Part shown: piece after piece, positions 1 through 13,000 of the stretch | Position numbering within the stretch: position 1 is the first letter of the stretch | How the letters are laid out: each line of letters starts with the position of its first letter | From: Hemiscyllium ocellatum | Taxonomy: Eukaryota | Assembly: GCF_020745735.1 (NCBI RefSeq) | Contig: NC_083409.1 | Location: 11,773,052 to 11,837,051, forward strand | DNA: 64,000 bases | Direction of reading: 5' to 3' | Position numbers and translations under genes: made by a program | Notes under the pieces: model-generated | Told to the model about the DNA's origin: nothing | Database searches by the model: none | The model's input: only the letters and a program-made list of their open reading frames with translations

Positions 1-82
1 GTTCTAAATGGAAGTGAACGTGGGTTGGAAGGGAAACCAAAAGAACTGCAGATGCTGTCAATCCGAGACAAAAATAGAAAGT

Positions 83-207
83 GCTGGAAAAGCTCAGCAG
101 GTCTGGCAGCATCTGTGAAGAGAAATCAGAGTTAATATTTCATGCTCAACCAGAAATGTCAATTCTGATTTCTCTCCAAGATGCTGCCAGACCTGCTGAG
201 CTTTTCC
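83..207. repeat. Inverted-repeat (fold-back) element, probably Penelope-derived
   Basis: Arm GCTGGAAAAGCTCAGCAGGTCTGGCAGCATC (83-113) is mirrored by GATGCTGCCAGACCTGCTGAGCTTTTCC (180-207); a related motif terminates the Penelope remnant at ~61.46 kb. Confidence 0.6.
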
Positions 208-225
208 TGCAATTTTTATTTTTGT

Positions 226-1870
226 CCATGGGTTTGGAAGGTGCTACCTGAAGATCGGTGATGAATTTCTGCAGTGCATCTTATCGATAATACACACTGC
301 TGCTATGGAGCGTCAGTGACGGTGAGTTTGGATGCTTTGAGAATGCGATGCCAATCAAGGAGTTTGCTTTGCTCTGGATGGTATCAAGTTTTTTGAGTGG
401 ATAAGAAAGACATAGGATACAATAGACATAGATAGGAAAGATTTCAAGGGATATGTGTGAAATGCAGGCAAATAAGATGAGTTCACTTCAGAAAACCTGG
501 TCAGCGTGTAGAAGTTTGGCTTAAGGGTTTGTTTCTGTGCTGCATGACTCTGTGACACTATCAATCTATGAATGTTGTTGGAGCTGCACCTGTCCAGGCA
601 AGTGGGGAGTATTTGCTCACACTCCTGACTTGGTTGACAGGCTTTGGGGGGATCAGGAGGTGAGTTACTGGATGCAGTATTCGTAGCCTCTAACTTGCTC
701 TTGTAACCACTGTGTTTCTTTGGTGAATCGAGTTGTGTTTCTGGTCAATGGCACCTCAAGAATGTTCATAGTGGGGATTCAGTGATGGTAATAGCATTGA
801 TTATCAAGGGGCTATGTTTAGATTGTCTCTTATTGGTGATGGTGATTGGCTGGCATTTGCATGGCACCAATGGGAAATGTCACTTCTCAGACAAAACCTG
901 GATATTGTCCAGATATTGTTGCATTTGCACGTGGACTGCGTCAGTATCTGAGGAGTTGGGAAGAGTGCTGAGCATTGTGCAATATGAGTTTGCCTTGAGT
1001 TGCAATATCTGTTTGGAGTCTGTCCTATTTAGTACGGTGATAGTACCACACAACACAATGGAGGGGATTCTCAATGTGAAGGTCAGACTTTGTTTCCACA
1101 AGGACTGTGTGATGGTCACTCTTACCAATACTGTCAAGGACAGATGCATCTACAGCCACAAGATTGGTGAGGATGGGGTCAAGCATCTTTTTCCATCTTT
1201 TGGTTCCAGCTGCAGAGCCAGTCCCTCAGCTACATCCATGAGGAACCAACCAGCTCGATCAGTAATGCTGCTGCCGAGCCACTCTCAGTGGTAGACATTG
1301 AAACCCCCCATCCAGTGTACACTCTCTGCTGTCATCACCCTCAGTGCTTCCTCCAAATGTTGTTCAACATCCAGGAGAGACTGATTCATCAGCCCAGGGA
1401 GCAAGATATCTTGTAATCACCAGGAGGTTTCCTCGCCCATGTTTAACCTGGTGTCATGAGTCTTTATAGGGTCCAGACCCAACTTTGAGACTTCCCAGGG
1501 TAACTCCCTTCTGGCTGCAGACCACTGTGTCATCAGCTCTGCTGGGTCTGCCTTTCTGGTGGGACAGGACACATGTAGGGACAGTGATGGTGGTGTCTGG
1601 GACATTGTCTGTAAGGTGTGGTTCTGTGAGTATGGCTGTGTCAGGCTGTTGCTTGAGTCATCTGTGAGACAGCTCTCCTGAATTTGGCACTAGCTCCCAG
1701 ATGTCAGTAAGGAGGATGGAGCAGGGTAGACAGGGCTGTTTCTGTCATTGTCTTTTCGGTGTCTAGATCGATGCCTGTGGTCCGTCCGGTCTCATTTCTT
1801 TGTTGAAACATTGTCATAATTGATACAACTGAGAGCCTTGCTCGGCCATTTCAGAGGGCACTAGAGAGTC
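226..1870 (-). mobile_element. Decayed CR1/L2-clade LINE ORF2 fragment
   Basis: Minus-strand RT-like peptides (QMQQYLDNIQ in ORF 880..1149; KKLDTIQSKA near 340-390); the same family recurs at ~39.85-40.15, 45.75-46.1 and 51.7-52.25 kb. Confidence 0.65.
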
Positions 1871-2714
1871 AACCACATTGCTAGAGGACAGTGCCGTGTA
1901 CCCCGGCAGTACATTCCGACCGCCCCCACTTCCCCATTCTGTATATGGAAGGCGGAAGCCTGCCAGCAGGATATTCACCCGCAGGAGCTATCACAGCCCG
2001 TGCGCAATTCTGTCCCCACATTAAATCCACACAAATCTTGAATTCACATAGCAACTTCAATGTCCAAACATTCCAAGAATGTTCACAAAATTGCAGTAAG
2101 AGGGATGGGGGAGAGGGTGGAGGAACATAAGAACTAGGAGCAGGAGCAGGCAATTCAGCCCCTCGAGCCCGCTCCACCATTTAATACAATCATGGCTGAT
2201 CCCATCTCAGACTCAACTCCACTTTCCTGCCCACTCTCCATCATCCTTTAACCCATTACCCATTAAATATCTGTCCATCTCCTCCTTGGTGTGAGACAGG
2301 GAAGGGACCACTCCATTTCAGAAAAGACTGACCATGGAAGGGGAAGGAGAGGGGAAAGGATTGGAACATGTTGTGAATGGACAGGATGGGTCAGTGGGTC
2401 AGAGCCTGTCCTGTCTCCCCTCCAACTCGCGCTGATGATCTGAGGATCTCCTCTCTCTGCTAGGCCTTCATGGAATGAGCTTTGTGTCCAAATCAGTCCC
2501 CAGTGAGAATAGGCCAACAGCACAGAACTGCACAGAACTGCCCTTCATTTGACCAGAATCTGTCCATCTTCCTGAGAGAGGCCAAACCCCGGTCAACGTG
2601 GAAATAGGGCCTTACTCCAGAAGAAGACAGGGGTCAAGGGTTAACATCCATTAGTGGGGCAGAGTAGAGGGAGATTTATCCTGCATTCAACTGTCACCAC
2701 CCAGGACACTGTCA

Positions 2715-3430
2715 GAAAGAGAGAGCAGTGAGGCAGAGAGAGAGAGAGATGGAGGGAAAAATAGTGTGTGTGTGTGTGTGTGTGTGAGTGAGAGAGAGAG
2801 AGAAAGAAAGAAAGTGAAAGAGAGAGAGAGATAGAGGGACGAGCATCTGATATGGTGTAAGATATGTGAGGGAACCGAGAGAGGTAGATGGAGGTAAAAA
2901 TGGTGAGGTTGAGGGATAGAGAGAGAAACAAGATGTGAGACAGTGTGACTGAGAGGGATGGAGAGAGACAAAGAGACAAGGGAGAGAGAGAGAGAGTGAG
3001 AGACAGGATGGGTGTGAGACTAAGCATGAAGAGAGTTGAAAGGGAGGGTAGGGTTGAGTGTGAGAGAGAGAGATGAGTATGGGTAGATTTATAATGACAG
3101 AGAGAGACGGAGAGAGAATGTAAATTGGGAAGTAGAGAGGGAAGGAGAGAGAAAGAGGGAGGAATAGAGAGTGACAGATAACAATTGGAGGCTTTTATTG
3201 AAGTGAGAGAGGGAACGAGTAACAGAGACAGTGAGAGATGGAGAAACAGATGATAAGATGGAGTGAGAAAGCATCAGTGAGTTGGAGAGAGTGGCTATGA
3301 GACAGAGTGTGTGTGTATGTGTGAGAGAGAGGGAGAGAGAGAGAGAACATGAAAGAGATTAACAGTGGAAGAGAGAGATAGAGGTAGAGAGAAAGAAATG
3401 GCAGATGTGAGTCAGAGAGAGAGGGACAGG
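2715..3430. repeat. (GA)n/(GT)n-rich low-complexity tract
   Basis: Directly visible GA and GT runs; explains the S/L/H-rich spurious ORFs at 2641-3443. Confidence 0.9.
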
Positions 3431-4451
3431 TCCTGGTCACCACACTCTGGGAAGAATGTGATTGTACCTGAGAGGGTACAGGGGAGATTTCCCAGGATGC
3501 TGCCTGAATGTGAGCTTTGAGCAGTGAAGGCTTAAAAGGGACCTGATAGAGAGAGATAAGATTATTCAGGACAGTGATAGGGTGGGTAGGATGGCACTTT
3601 TTACATGAGTAAAGGACTTAATAACCTGGTACAGAGATTGAAGGTAACACAGACATGGACACGTAGAAACTTGGAGCAGCAGTAGGCCATTCGGCCCTTT
3701 GAGTCTGCTCTGTCATTCAGTATGATCATGGCTGTATCAATTTTTGAATGTCATCATTTCTTCGAGGGTCGGTGTGGGCTTGTCGGGCCAAATGGCCTGT
3801 TTCCACACTGTAGGCATTCTATGATCTATGTCTGATCCTCTCTCTCAAAGCCATATTCCTGCCTTCTCCCCATTCTCTTCAAGCTGTTAAAATGCAAAAC
3901 AATTATCTCTCTCTTTTTCTTGAATATATTCAGTTCCTTGTCCTCCACAGCCTTCAGTGGTAGAGAATTCCACAGGTTGACCACCCTCTGAGTGAAGAAA
4001 TGTTTCCTCATCTCAGTCCTAAATGGTCTACCCCGTACCTCCCTTAAACTGTGTTCCCTGGTTCCAGACTCCCCAACCAGGGGAAACCTCCTCCCTGCCC
4101 AGCCCTGTTACAATTTTATATCTTTCAATCAGATCCCCTCTTATCGTTCTGAACACGAGTGAGTCCATGGCCAGGCGAGTTCGAGAGTTGGAGAGTGAGA
4201 GGAGAGTTGAGAAGAAATGCTCTCACCCAGAGGGTGGTGGGAGTCTGGAACTCACTGCCTGAAAGGCTGGTTGAGTCAGAAAATCTCGTGACATTGGAGC
4301 AGTGTTTAGATATTCCCTTGTGTTGTTGTAACCTCCAGGGTAACGGGCCAAGAGCTGGAGGATGGGATTAGTGTCATCAGATCTTTGTTTACCAGCACAG
4401 ACACAATGGGCCAAATGGCCTCATTCAGTGCTATTCACATCAATGACTCTG

Positions 4452-4494
4452 AGACAGAGAGAGTGAGAGAGAGAGAGAGAGAGAGAAGAGGAAG
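4452..4494. repeat. (GA)n microsatellite just upstream of the V promoter
   Basis: GAGACAGAGAGAGTGAGAGAGAGAGAGAGAGAGAAGAGGAAG. Confidence 0.9.
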
Positions 4495-4504
4495 TGTGAG
4501 GGGT

Positions 4505-4584
4505 TGACGTGGCTCTCCCTGCCTGATGCCATTTACATACTGAGGAACACCCAGTCAGACTCTCACAGGCTGCAGCTTTATAAA
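4505..4584 (+). promoter_or_regulatory. Ig light-chain V promoter: CRE-like TGACGT (4505-4510), octamer variant ATTTACAT (4531-4538), TATA TTTATAAA (4577-4584)
   Basis: Motif order and spacing upstream of the ATG at 4645 match the octamer-TATA layout of vertebrate Ig VL promoters; the octamer differs from ATTTGCAT by one base. Confidence 0.7.
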
Positions 4585-4644
4585 GCAGAGCCCAGTGAAG
4601 GGAGAGTTTATCAGGAACCAGGCACAGGGACAGGAGCACACACC

Positions 4645-4693
4645 ATGATTTCACACATCCAGTTAATTTGGCCCCTGGCATTCTGTGTCGCAG
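4645..4693 (+). CDS. IGKV: Ig kappa leader exon (MISHIQLIWPLAFCVA-G)
   Basis: ATG at 4645, hydrophobic 16 codons, phase-1 donor G|GTAC at 4693/4694; the intron ends CCCCTCAG at 4879. Confidence 0.95.
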
Positions 4694-4879
4694 GTACAAA
4701 TCTCTCTCCTTCCACCTTGAATCTTTAGCTGCTCTCCATTTCACTCCAATTCCACTGACTTGTGATTGAAGGGAAAATGCTGAAACCAGAGGAATGCTCA
4801 GTGTCTCCAACAATCTCTCATTTGACAGGCTCTTTCTGTGACAGTTCTGACTGCATTGTGTTTCTCTCTGACCCCTCAG

Positions 4880-5209
4880 GTATCAGTGGGGACATCAGCA
4901 TGACCCAGTCTCCCCCGGTGCTGTCAGTGGGACGGGGCCAGACCACAACCATCACCTGTAAGGCCAGTCAAAGCATTAGCATCAACCTTGCTTGGTACCA
5001 GCAGCGAGAAGGTCAGAAACCCTCTCTCCTGATCTACAATGCAGCAACTCGATTCACAGGAGTCTCCGATCGATTCACCGGCAGTGGATCAGGGACCAGT
5101 TTCACCCTGAAAATCAGCAACATTCAGAATGAGGATGTCGCTGACTATTACTGTCAGCAGTATTACCGCTACCCTTTTACGTTCGGCAAAGGAACCAAGC
5201 TCAGACTGA
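4880..5209 (+). CDS. IGKV: Joined Vkappa-Jkappa exon ([14 protein letters not shown]...[21 protein letters not shown])
   Basis: Cys23, Trp35 (WYQQ), Cys88 (DYYC) and FGKG J motif at canonical positions; 9-aa CDR3; continuous frame with no intervening RSS; donor A|GTAAGT at 5209/5210. Confidence 0.97.
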
Positions 5210-5580
5210 GTAAGTAAACCTCAATCCTCTGTTATTAACCCTGTCAATACTGAAACATGGTAAAATACAGTTACTGATTTGTTGAAGGTGTTAGTGGGGA
5301 GCTGCAGTGAATGAAATGGTTGATTGAGGAGCACTGTGTCTAACAGGGTGTCCAGCTGTATTTCTTTACTTTCATGCCCTCTTTAAAAAAAACAAGATAT
5401 AAGTCAGTCAGTTTTACTCACCGTGTGGAGGAGCTCTGTCCATTTGCAGCCTGTGGTCCCATTCCTGCAGCATGGAGTGAAATCAGTGAGTAGCCTCCTG
5501 CCAGTCTCAGTGTGACGGACACGGGGCAGAGTTTGATGTGAGCTCTGGCTCCCTGTCCCAGTCTCTGATCTCACTGACCT

Positions 5581-5619
<39 letters not shown>
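5581..5619. repeat. (CAG)13 microsatellite
   Basis: Counted directly. Confidence 0.95.
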
Positions 5620-5621
<2 letters not shown>

Positions 5622-6419
5622 CAGTGAGACACCGAGCTCCCACCTCCCCCAGCTTTAACTCTGCTCAATCACACAATCGCAGAACTGTTACAGTACACAA
5701 AGAGGCCATTCCGTCCATCCTGTCTGGACTAGCTCTCCGATTGAGTAATTCACTGAGTGTCATTCTCCTGCCTTCTCCCTGTCACCCTGCACATTGTTAT
5801 TTGAAAAGCAACAGTCTCATTCCCTTCGGAATGTTTCAATTGAAGCTGCCTCCACCACACTCTCAGGCAGTGCATTCCACACCTTAACCACCCACTGGCT
5901 GAAAATGTTATTCCCCATCTCACTTTTGTTACTTTTCCAATTACTTTCAATCTGTGGCCTCTCGGTCTCAATCCTTTCACAAGTGGAATCATTTTCTCCC
6001 TATTCTCTGTTCCAGGCCTCTCCTGATTTTGAATTTCTGGAACAATTCTCCTCGCTGCCTTCTCCAAAAACTTGGAGGTGCCGGTGTTGGACTGGGGTGG
6101 ACAAAGTTAAAAATCACACAACACCAGGAAGCTAGTGCTTCCACATTAACCTGTTGGACTATAACCTGAAGTTGTGTGATCTGTAACTTTCTCCAAAGAA
6201 GACAGTCCCAAATTCTCCAATCTATCTTCATAACCGATATTCCTCATCCCTGGAATGATCTTTGTGCATATGTTTGCCAGCTCCACAAAACATTCACCTC
6301 TTTCCTGCATTATTCACATTATTTATGTCCCTCATGATTTTATAAACCTCTATAAGGTCACTCCTCAACCTCCGGCACTTCAGGGTAAAAGATCTCAGCT
6401 TTTCCAGCCTCTAATGGTC

Positions 6420-9400
6420 ACGGAGTCATACAGCGTGGAAACAGGTCTTTCAGTCTAACGTCTCCATGCTAACTAGATATCCAAAACTGACCTCATCCCA
6501 TTTGCCAGCATTTAGCCCACATTCCTCTAAACACTTCCTATTCATGTACCCATCCAAACATCTTTTAAATGCTATAATTGTATCCGTCTCCAGGACTTTT
6601 TCTGACAGCTCGATCAATGCACTCACCACCCTCTGTGTGACAAGTTACCCCTCAGGTCCCTTTTGGATCTTTTGCCTCTCATCTTAAACCTATACCCTCG
6701 AGTTTTGGATTCCCTTTCCCATGGCAAAGACCTGGGATGTACACCCTGTCCATGCCCGTCATGATTTTATAAACATCTATAAGGCCACCCCTCCGATCCT
6801 GCAGGAAAAATAACCCGTCTATTGAGCCTCTTCTGACAGCTCAAAGCCTCCAGTTCCAGGCAACATCCATGTAAATCTTTTCTGCAGAATTTTAAGTTTA
6901 ACAGCATCCTTCCTATCACAGGATGATCAGAATTGTTCACATTATTCCCAAATTTCCTGTACAGCTGCAAATGATGTCCCAACTCTGATACTTAGTGCAG
7001 TGACCAATAAAGGGAGTTAACCTTCATCTCCCTGTGACTGCATTGTCAAGGAATAATGCCCCTACCCCTGCCCCTGCACCTGCCACTGCACCCCGAGGTC
7101 ACTTTGTTGAGCAACACTCCACAGGGCCCCACCATTAACAGTATAACTCCTGCCCTGGTTTGACTTGCCAAAATGCAACATCTCACATTTATCTAAATTG
7201 AACTCCATTTGTCACACGTTTAGATCAGAGCGGTGCTGGAAAAGCACAGCAGGTCAGGCAACATCCGAGGAGCAGGAAAATCGACGTTTCGGGCAAAAGT
7301 CCTTCATCAGGATTCCTCTCATCGAAACGTCGATTTTTCTGCTCCTCGGATGCTGCCTGACATGCTGTGCTTTTCCAGCACCACTCTGATCTAAAGTCTG
7401 GTTTCCAGCATCTGCAGTCTGCACTTTTGTCCATTTGCCACACCTCTGCCCATTTCCCCAAATGATCAAGGTCCCACTGTACTCTCAGATAAGCTTCTTC
7501 ATTATCCACTGTACCACCAATTTTGATGTCATTTAACAAACTTGCCATAATTCCTATATTCACATCCAAATCATTTATTTAAATGATGAAAAGCCGTGGA
7601 CCCAGCACCAATCCTTGTGGCACACAGCTGACATCTGATCTCCAGTCTGAAATGCAACCCCGTACCACCATTCTCTGTCTCCTATCTTGAAGTCATTTTT
7701 TTTACCCAAATGGCTAGCTCCCCCTGGATCCCATGTGGTCTAACCTTACTAATCAGTCTACCATGTGGAGCCTTGTCAAATGCTTTGCTGAAGTCCATAG
7801 TGTCTACTGTTCTGCCTACATCAATCTTCTCTTCAAACAACCTCAATCATGTTAGTGAGACACGATTACCATGCACAAAACTGCATTGATTGTCCAAATG
7901 CATGTAAATCCTGTCCCTCAGAATTCACTCCAATAACTTACCCAGCAATGACATCAGGTTCACTGGTTTATAGTTCACTGGCTTTTCCTTACAACCTTTC
8001 TTCAATAATGGCTAACATTAGCCAACCTCTCTGGTTCTCCAGAACCTCACTCATGGCTGTCAGTCAGAAACATACATCAGCAAGGGATCCAGCAATCTCT
8101 TTCCTCGCTTTCCACAATGTCCTGGGATACACCTGATCAGGTCCTGGAGATTTATCTACGGTCTTGCACTTTAACTCATCTTCTTCTGTAATGTGGACTT
8201 GTGTCAAGACATTACTATTTACTTCCCAAGTTCCCAAATTTCCATGTCTTTCTCCATGATAAATACTGACCTGGAATATTCATTTAAGACCTAAACCATT
8301 TCCTGTGGATCCACCCAGAGGTACATTGTTCATCTTCATGGGGCCCTATTCTCTCTCTAGTTACTCTTTTGCCCTTTTCTTATTTACCATAATTCTACCA
8401 CTTTTGCCCTTGAGTAAGTTCAGGAATTGTTTGCCCTCCTTCAAATGTATCTCGACTATACCTGGTCCACATCCTCTACTATTCTTTTCAGGATTTTCCT
8501 GCCAACCTTTGATCCCACTTTATTCAGATCCGATACATCCATATCCTACAGAAGCTGGCATTTTCCCCAGTGAAGATGTTTGACCCTGAAAAGGCCTTTG
8601 TTCTTTTCTACCGTCACCCTCAACTTTGTGATACAATGATCACTCTTCCTTAAGTGTCCTCTCACTGACACTTGATCCACTTGGTCCTCCTCATTCCCAA
8701 GATCCAGATCTAGCAGAGCCTCCTTTCTCATTGGACTGGAAACATGCAGCTGGAGAAAATTCACATGAACACACTCTCACGACTCTGGCCCCTCTGTCCT
8801 TCACACTGCTACTACCCCAGTCTATATTCAGAAATTAAAGAAATGCCCCCCAACCCCATTTATAATGACTATTATATTTGCAGGTCTCTGTAAATTCCTT
8901 ACAAATGTATTCCTCTAAATCCTTCCCACTGGGTGGTGACTTATTGACTGCACTGATGATTCTGTGGACCTTGGTGTTTCTCTCTGATAGTCCCTCCTGG
9001 CTTCCACAGCCCTGCCAAGTTAGTTTAAACCCTCTCCAACAGCATGAGTAGACCACCTCAAAGGAATTCAGTGCCAGCTCTGTTCAGGTCTATCCAGGTC
9101 CCATCTCCCCCAGACGCAGTCCCAATGTCACAAGAATCTAAAACCCTCCCTCCTGGATTCTCTTTCCAGCCCCACAGACACTTGTGTTATCCTCCTGCTC
9201 TTCTTCTCACTTGCCTGGGGCACTGGGAGTAATCTGAAGATTCCTACTTTTGAGTTCCTGATGTTAATTCCCTTCTGAGCTCCCTAAATTCTGACTGCAG
9301 GACTACATCGCTTTTCTCCCTCTGTCACTGGGACCGATGTTGCCTGTTCCCCCCTCCCCTCAGGGTGCTCTGCAGTCGCTCAGTGACATCCTTGACCCTG

Positions 9401-9900
9401 GCACCAGGTAGACAACACACCATCCTGGATTCCCATCTGCAGCTGCAGAAACACCTATCGACTGCCCTCACTCTCCAATCTCCTCTCACTATCACTCTTC
9501 CAGTCTTCCTTATACCACCCCCCTCCCCAATACAGCTGAGCCACCAGTGGTGCCATGGGTTTGGCTCTGGCTGAACTCCCCAGATGAACCATCATTTTCT
9601 TCAGGATTCCAAACTGAATCCTGTTTGGAGAGTGGGATACATTCAGGGGATTCCTGTACTAGCTGCCTGGTCCTTTTGGACTGTCTGCTGCTCCCCCATT
9701 CCCTCTCTCCCTGCATACTCTGAAGCTGCAGAGTGACCACATCTAGAAACGTGCTCTTCACGGATCTCTCAGCCTCACGGATGTTTCGCACTGACACCAG
9801 CTGCTGCTCAAGCTCCGAAACCCAGAGCTTCAACTGCTGTCACTGACCACACTTCCTGCACTCTTGGTATTCCAGGAACTGGGAAGCATTCTGAAATTCC
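6420..9900 (-). mobile_element. CR1 LINE remnant (ORF1, APE endonuclease, RT, 3' end), internally deleted
   Basis: ORF1-like WVSELEQQLVSVRNIREAE (9510..9833); APE-like LLDLDLGNEEDQVDQVSV...SDH (8546..8764); RT-like IKIGGTVDNEE..QWDLDHLGKWAEVWQM (7225..7569). Confidence 0.85.
7221..7393. repeat. Penelope-type fold-back element inserted in the CR1
   Basis: TAGATCAGAGCGGTGCTGGAAAAGCACAGCAGG... is mirrored by ...GCTGTGCTTTTCCAGCACCACTCTGATCTA. Confidence 0.75.
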
Positions 9901-10029
9901 CACATGGATGCACACTCTCTCCACTCTTTGGTTATCTCTTGGCAAAGTTCTGATGACAAACAGCTACAGCAGGTCTCACAGTCCAGTGGGTTCAGTGTTC
10001 CAGGGTTTTGGGAAAACTGTCCAGAAGAC

Positions 10030-13000
10030 TTTAAGAAATAGGAGCAGAAATCAGCCATTCAGCCCATTGAATCTGCTCTGCCATTTGATCTTGGCAGATA
10101 TGTTCCTCACCCCATTCTTCTGCCTACTCCACAGGAACGTTCGATCTCCTTAATAATCACAAACCTATCTATCTCTGTCTTAAATTCACTTCGTGACTTG
10201 GCCTCCACTGCCCTCTGTAGCAATGAGTTCCACAGATTCACCATCCTCTGGCTGAAGAAAGTCTTCCTCATCTCAGCTCGAAAGGTTGGCCCTTCATTCT
10301 GAGGCTGTGCCTTGGTTACTGAGTCTCTCCTGTTTTTGGAAACATCTTCACCATATCCACTCTACCCAGGCCTATCAGTATTCTGTAAATTTCAATTAGG
10401 TCCCTCCTCATCCTTCTAAACTCCAGTGAGTACAGACCCAGAGTCCTCAACCACGCCTCATATGACAAGCCCTTCATCCCCAGGATCATTCTTGTAAACC
10501 CCTCCAATGCCAGCACATTGTTTCTTAGAATATGGGTCCCAAATCTGCTCACAATATTCCAAAGTCAGTCTGACCAGAGCCTTACACAGCCTCAGCAGTA
10601 CATCTCTGCTCTTGTATTCTGGCCCCATTGAAATGGATGCTAACATTTCATTTGCCTTCCCAAGCACAAACTGGACCTGCCTGTTAACCTGAAGGGAAAC
10701 CTGAATAAGGTTTGTGCTTTAGATTTCCAAAGGCTTTCCTTATTTTGCAAACAGTCTTTGCATCTCTTCTTCCTCCCAAAGTACACACCCTCACACTGTT
10801 ACACATTGTATTCTATCTGCCACGTCTTTGCCCACTCTCCAAGCCTATCTAGGAAATTTTACAGCCTTCTCACTTCCTCAACACTACCTGTCCCTCCACC
10901 TATCTCATGTCACCTGCAAACTTAGCAACAATGTCTTCACTTCCTTCATCCAGATTGTTAATGTATAACGTGAATAGTTATGGTCCTAACATTGACACCT
11001 GCAGAACTCTACTCGTCACCAGCGGCCATTGTTCCTCAGGCTCTGCTTTATGCCAACCTGCCAGTCCTCAATCCATGCCCTACATTGCCCCTAATACTGT
11101 GGGCTCTTATCTTATGTTAAATGCCTTGTGGAAATCCAAATAGATTACTTCCTCGGACTCTCCTTTGTCTGACTGGCTCATTGCCTCCTCAAAGAATTCT
11201 AACAGATTTGCCAGGCATGACGTTTCCTTGATGAAGCCATTGCACTTCCAATCCTCTGCAATTTCATCCTTAAATTGAAGTCTAAAACCTTACCAACAAC
11301 TGAGTCCTGGCTAACTGGCTGATAATGTCCCATCTTCTATCTCCCTCCATTCTTAAACAGGGGTGGTATGTGAGCCATTTTCCTGTCCCTTGCCCCCACC
11401 AAATCCGTCCTCATCTCACCTGCACACCGTGACTCCATTGATTACTGAAACATCATCACCAATGCCTCCACAATCTCCTCAGTGATCTCCTTCAGAACAC
11501 ACTGGTGTAGTTCATCCAGTCTGGGTGAGTTATCCACATTCAGACCTTCCAGCTTCCCCAGTACCTCCTCCTTAGTGATGGCCACTACACGCCCCTCCGA
11601 CCCCTGACAGTCTTGAAGTACTGGTACACTGCTGGTGTTTTCCATGATGCAGACTGATTTTAAATAAATATTCAATTCTTCTGCTATTCCTTCATTTCCT
11701 CTTATTCTTTCTCCAGCCTCATTTTCCAGTGATCCATAGTCTATTTTTGACTCCCTCTTCCTTTTTATACACCTGATAAAAATTCTGCAATCTTCTTTTA
11801 TATTACTGGCTAGATAGCTTCCACATTTCACCTTCTCCACCCTTAATGATTTTTCAGTTATCCTCTGCAGGTTTTTAAAGGCTTCCTAATCCTCTGGCTT
11901 CCCACTATTCTCCACCACATTGTGTGCTTTTTCTTTTGCTTTTATGCTGTCCTTGATCTCCCTCATCAGCCATGGTTACATTGTCCTCCCCTTGGTGTGT
12001 TTTTTCCTTTTTGGGATGAATTCCTGCTTTGCTTCCTGGATTACCCCAGAAACTCTGCTGTTTGCTGCCCCACCATCTTACCTGCTCGGCTCCCCTTCCA
12101 ACCAACTCTGGCCAGCTCCTTCCTCATGTCTTTGCAGTTACCTTTACTCAATTGAAATACTGTTCCATCTGATTGCAGCTTCTCCCTCTCAAACTACAGG
12201 GGGAATTCTATCATGTTATGGTCATTTATCCACAGGGATACTTTCACCTTAAACTAACTCATCATGTTTGCTTCAATACGCATCACTGAATCCAGACCTG
12301 CCTGTTCCATCATGGCTCAACCACAAGCTGCTCCAAAATCCATCTCGTCGACATTCTATGAAACCTTTCCTTGAGATACACTACCCAGCCCACCTATCCA
12401 TTGAAGTCTGCCCTGACATTTTCTGTCTCCTGACTGATTTCCTTCCCCACCCCCTGATTACTGCTTGGAGACCTGGACATAACTTGCATCAGATTCTTTA
12501 TTTATTGCAGTTCCTCAGCTCTATCCACACAGATTCTACACCTTCTGACTCTACATCACTTCTTGCTATTGATTTAATTTCATTTCTCACTAACAAGGCA
12601 ACTCTTCCCCCTCTGCCCATCTGCCCGTCCTTTTGATAGGACATGTATCCTTGGGTATTTAGTTCCCAGCCCGGATCCCCTTACAGCCATGTCTCTGTGA
12701 TACCCACAACATCGTACCTGCCAGTTTCAATCTGCACTACAAGCTCATTGTGTATACTGTGTGCATTTAAGTACAACACACTCAGTCCTACATTGATTGC
12801 CCTCCTTCCCATCATTGTCCCCTTATCTGCTGTGCTTTATGTTCGATTCCTGATCCTTTCTGTACTCTTTCCTTTTACATCTTCTAGAAACTTGAATAAC
12901 CTTTCCTGAGCCCTCCTCCACTTTAACTAGTTTAAATTCCTTAGAAACTCAATTTACCTCAATTTGTGGCATCACTTTTACTCCCTTACTCGGAATGCTT

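Noticed and set aside
2641-3443. Ser/Leu/His-rich ORFs
   Set aside because: Translations of GA/GT microsatellite.
5620-5660. CACAGTG heptamer downstream of J as an RSS
   Set aside because: No ACAAAAACC-like nonamer at 12 or 23 nt spacing.
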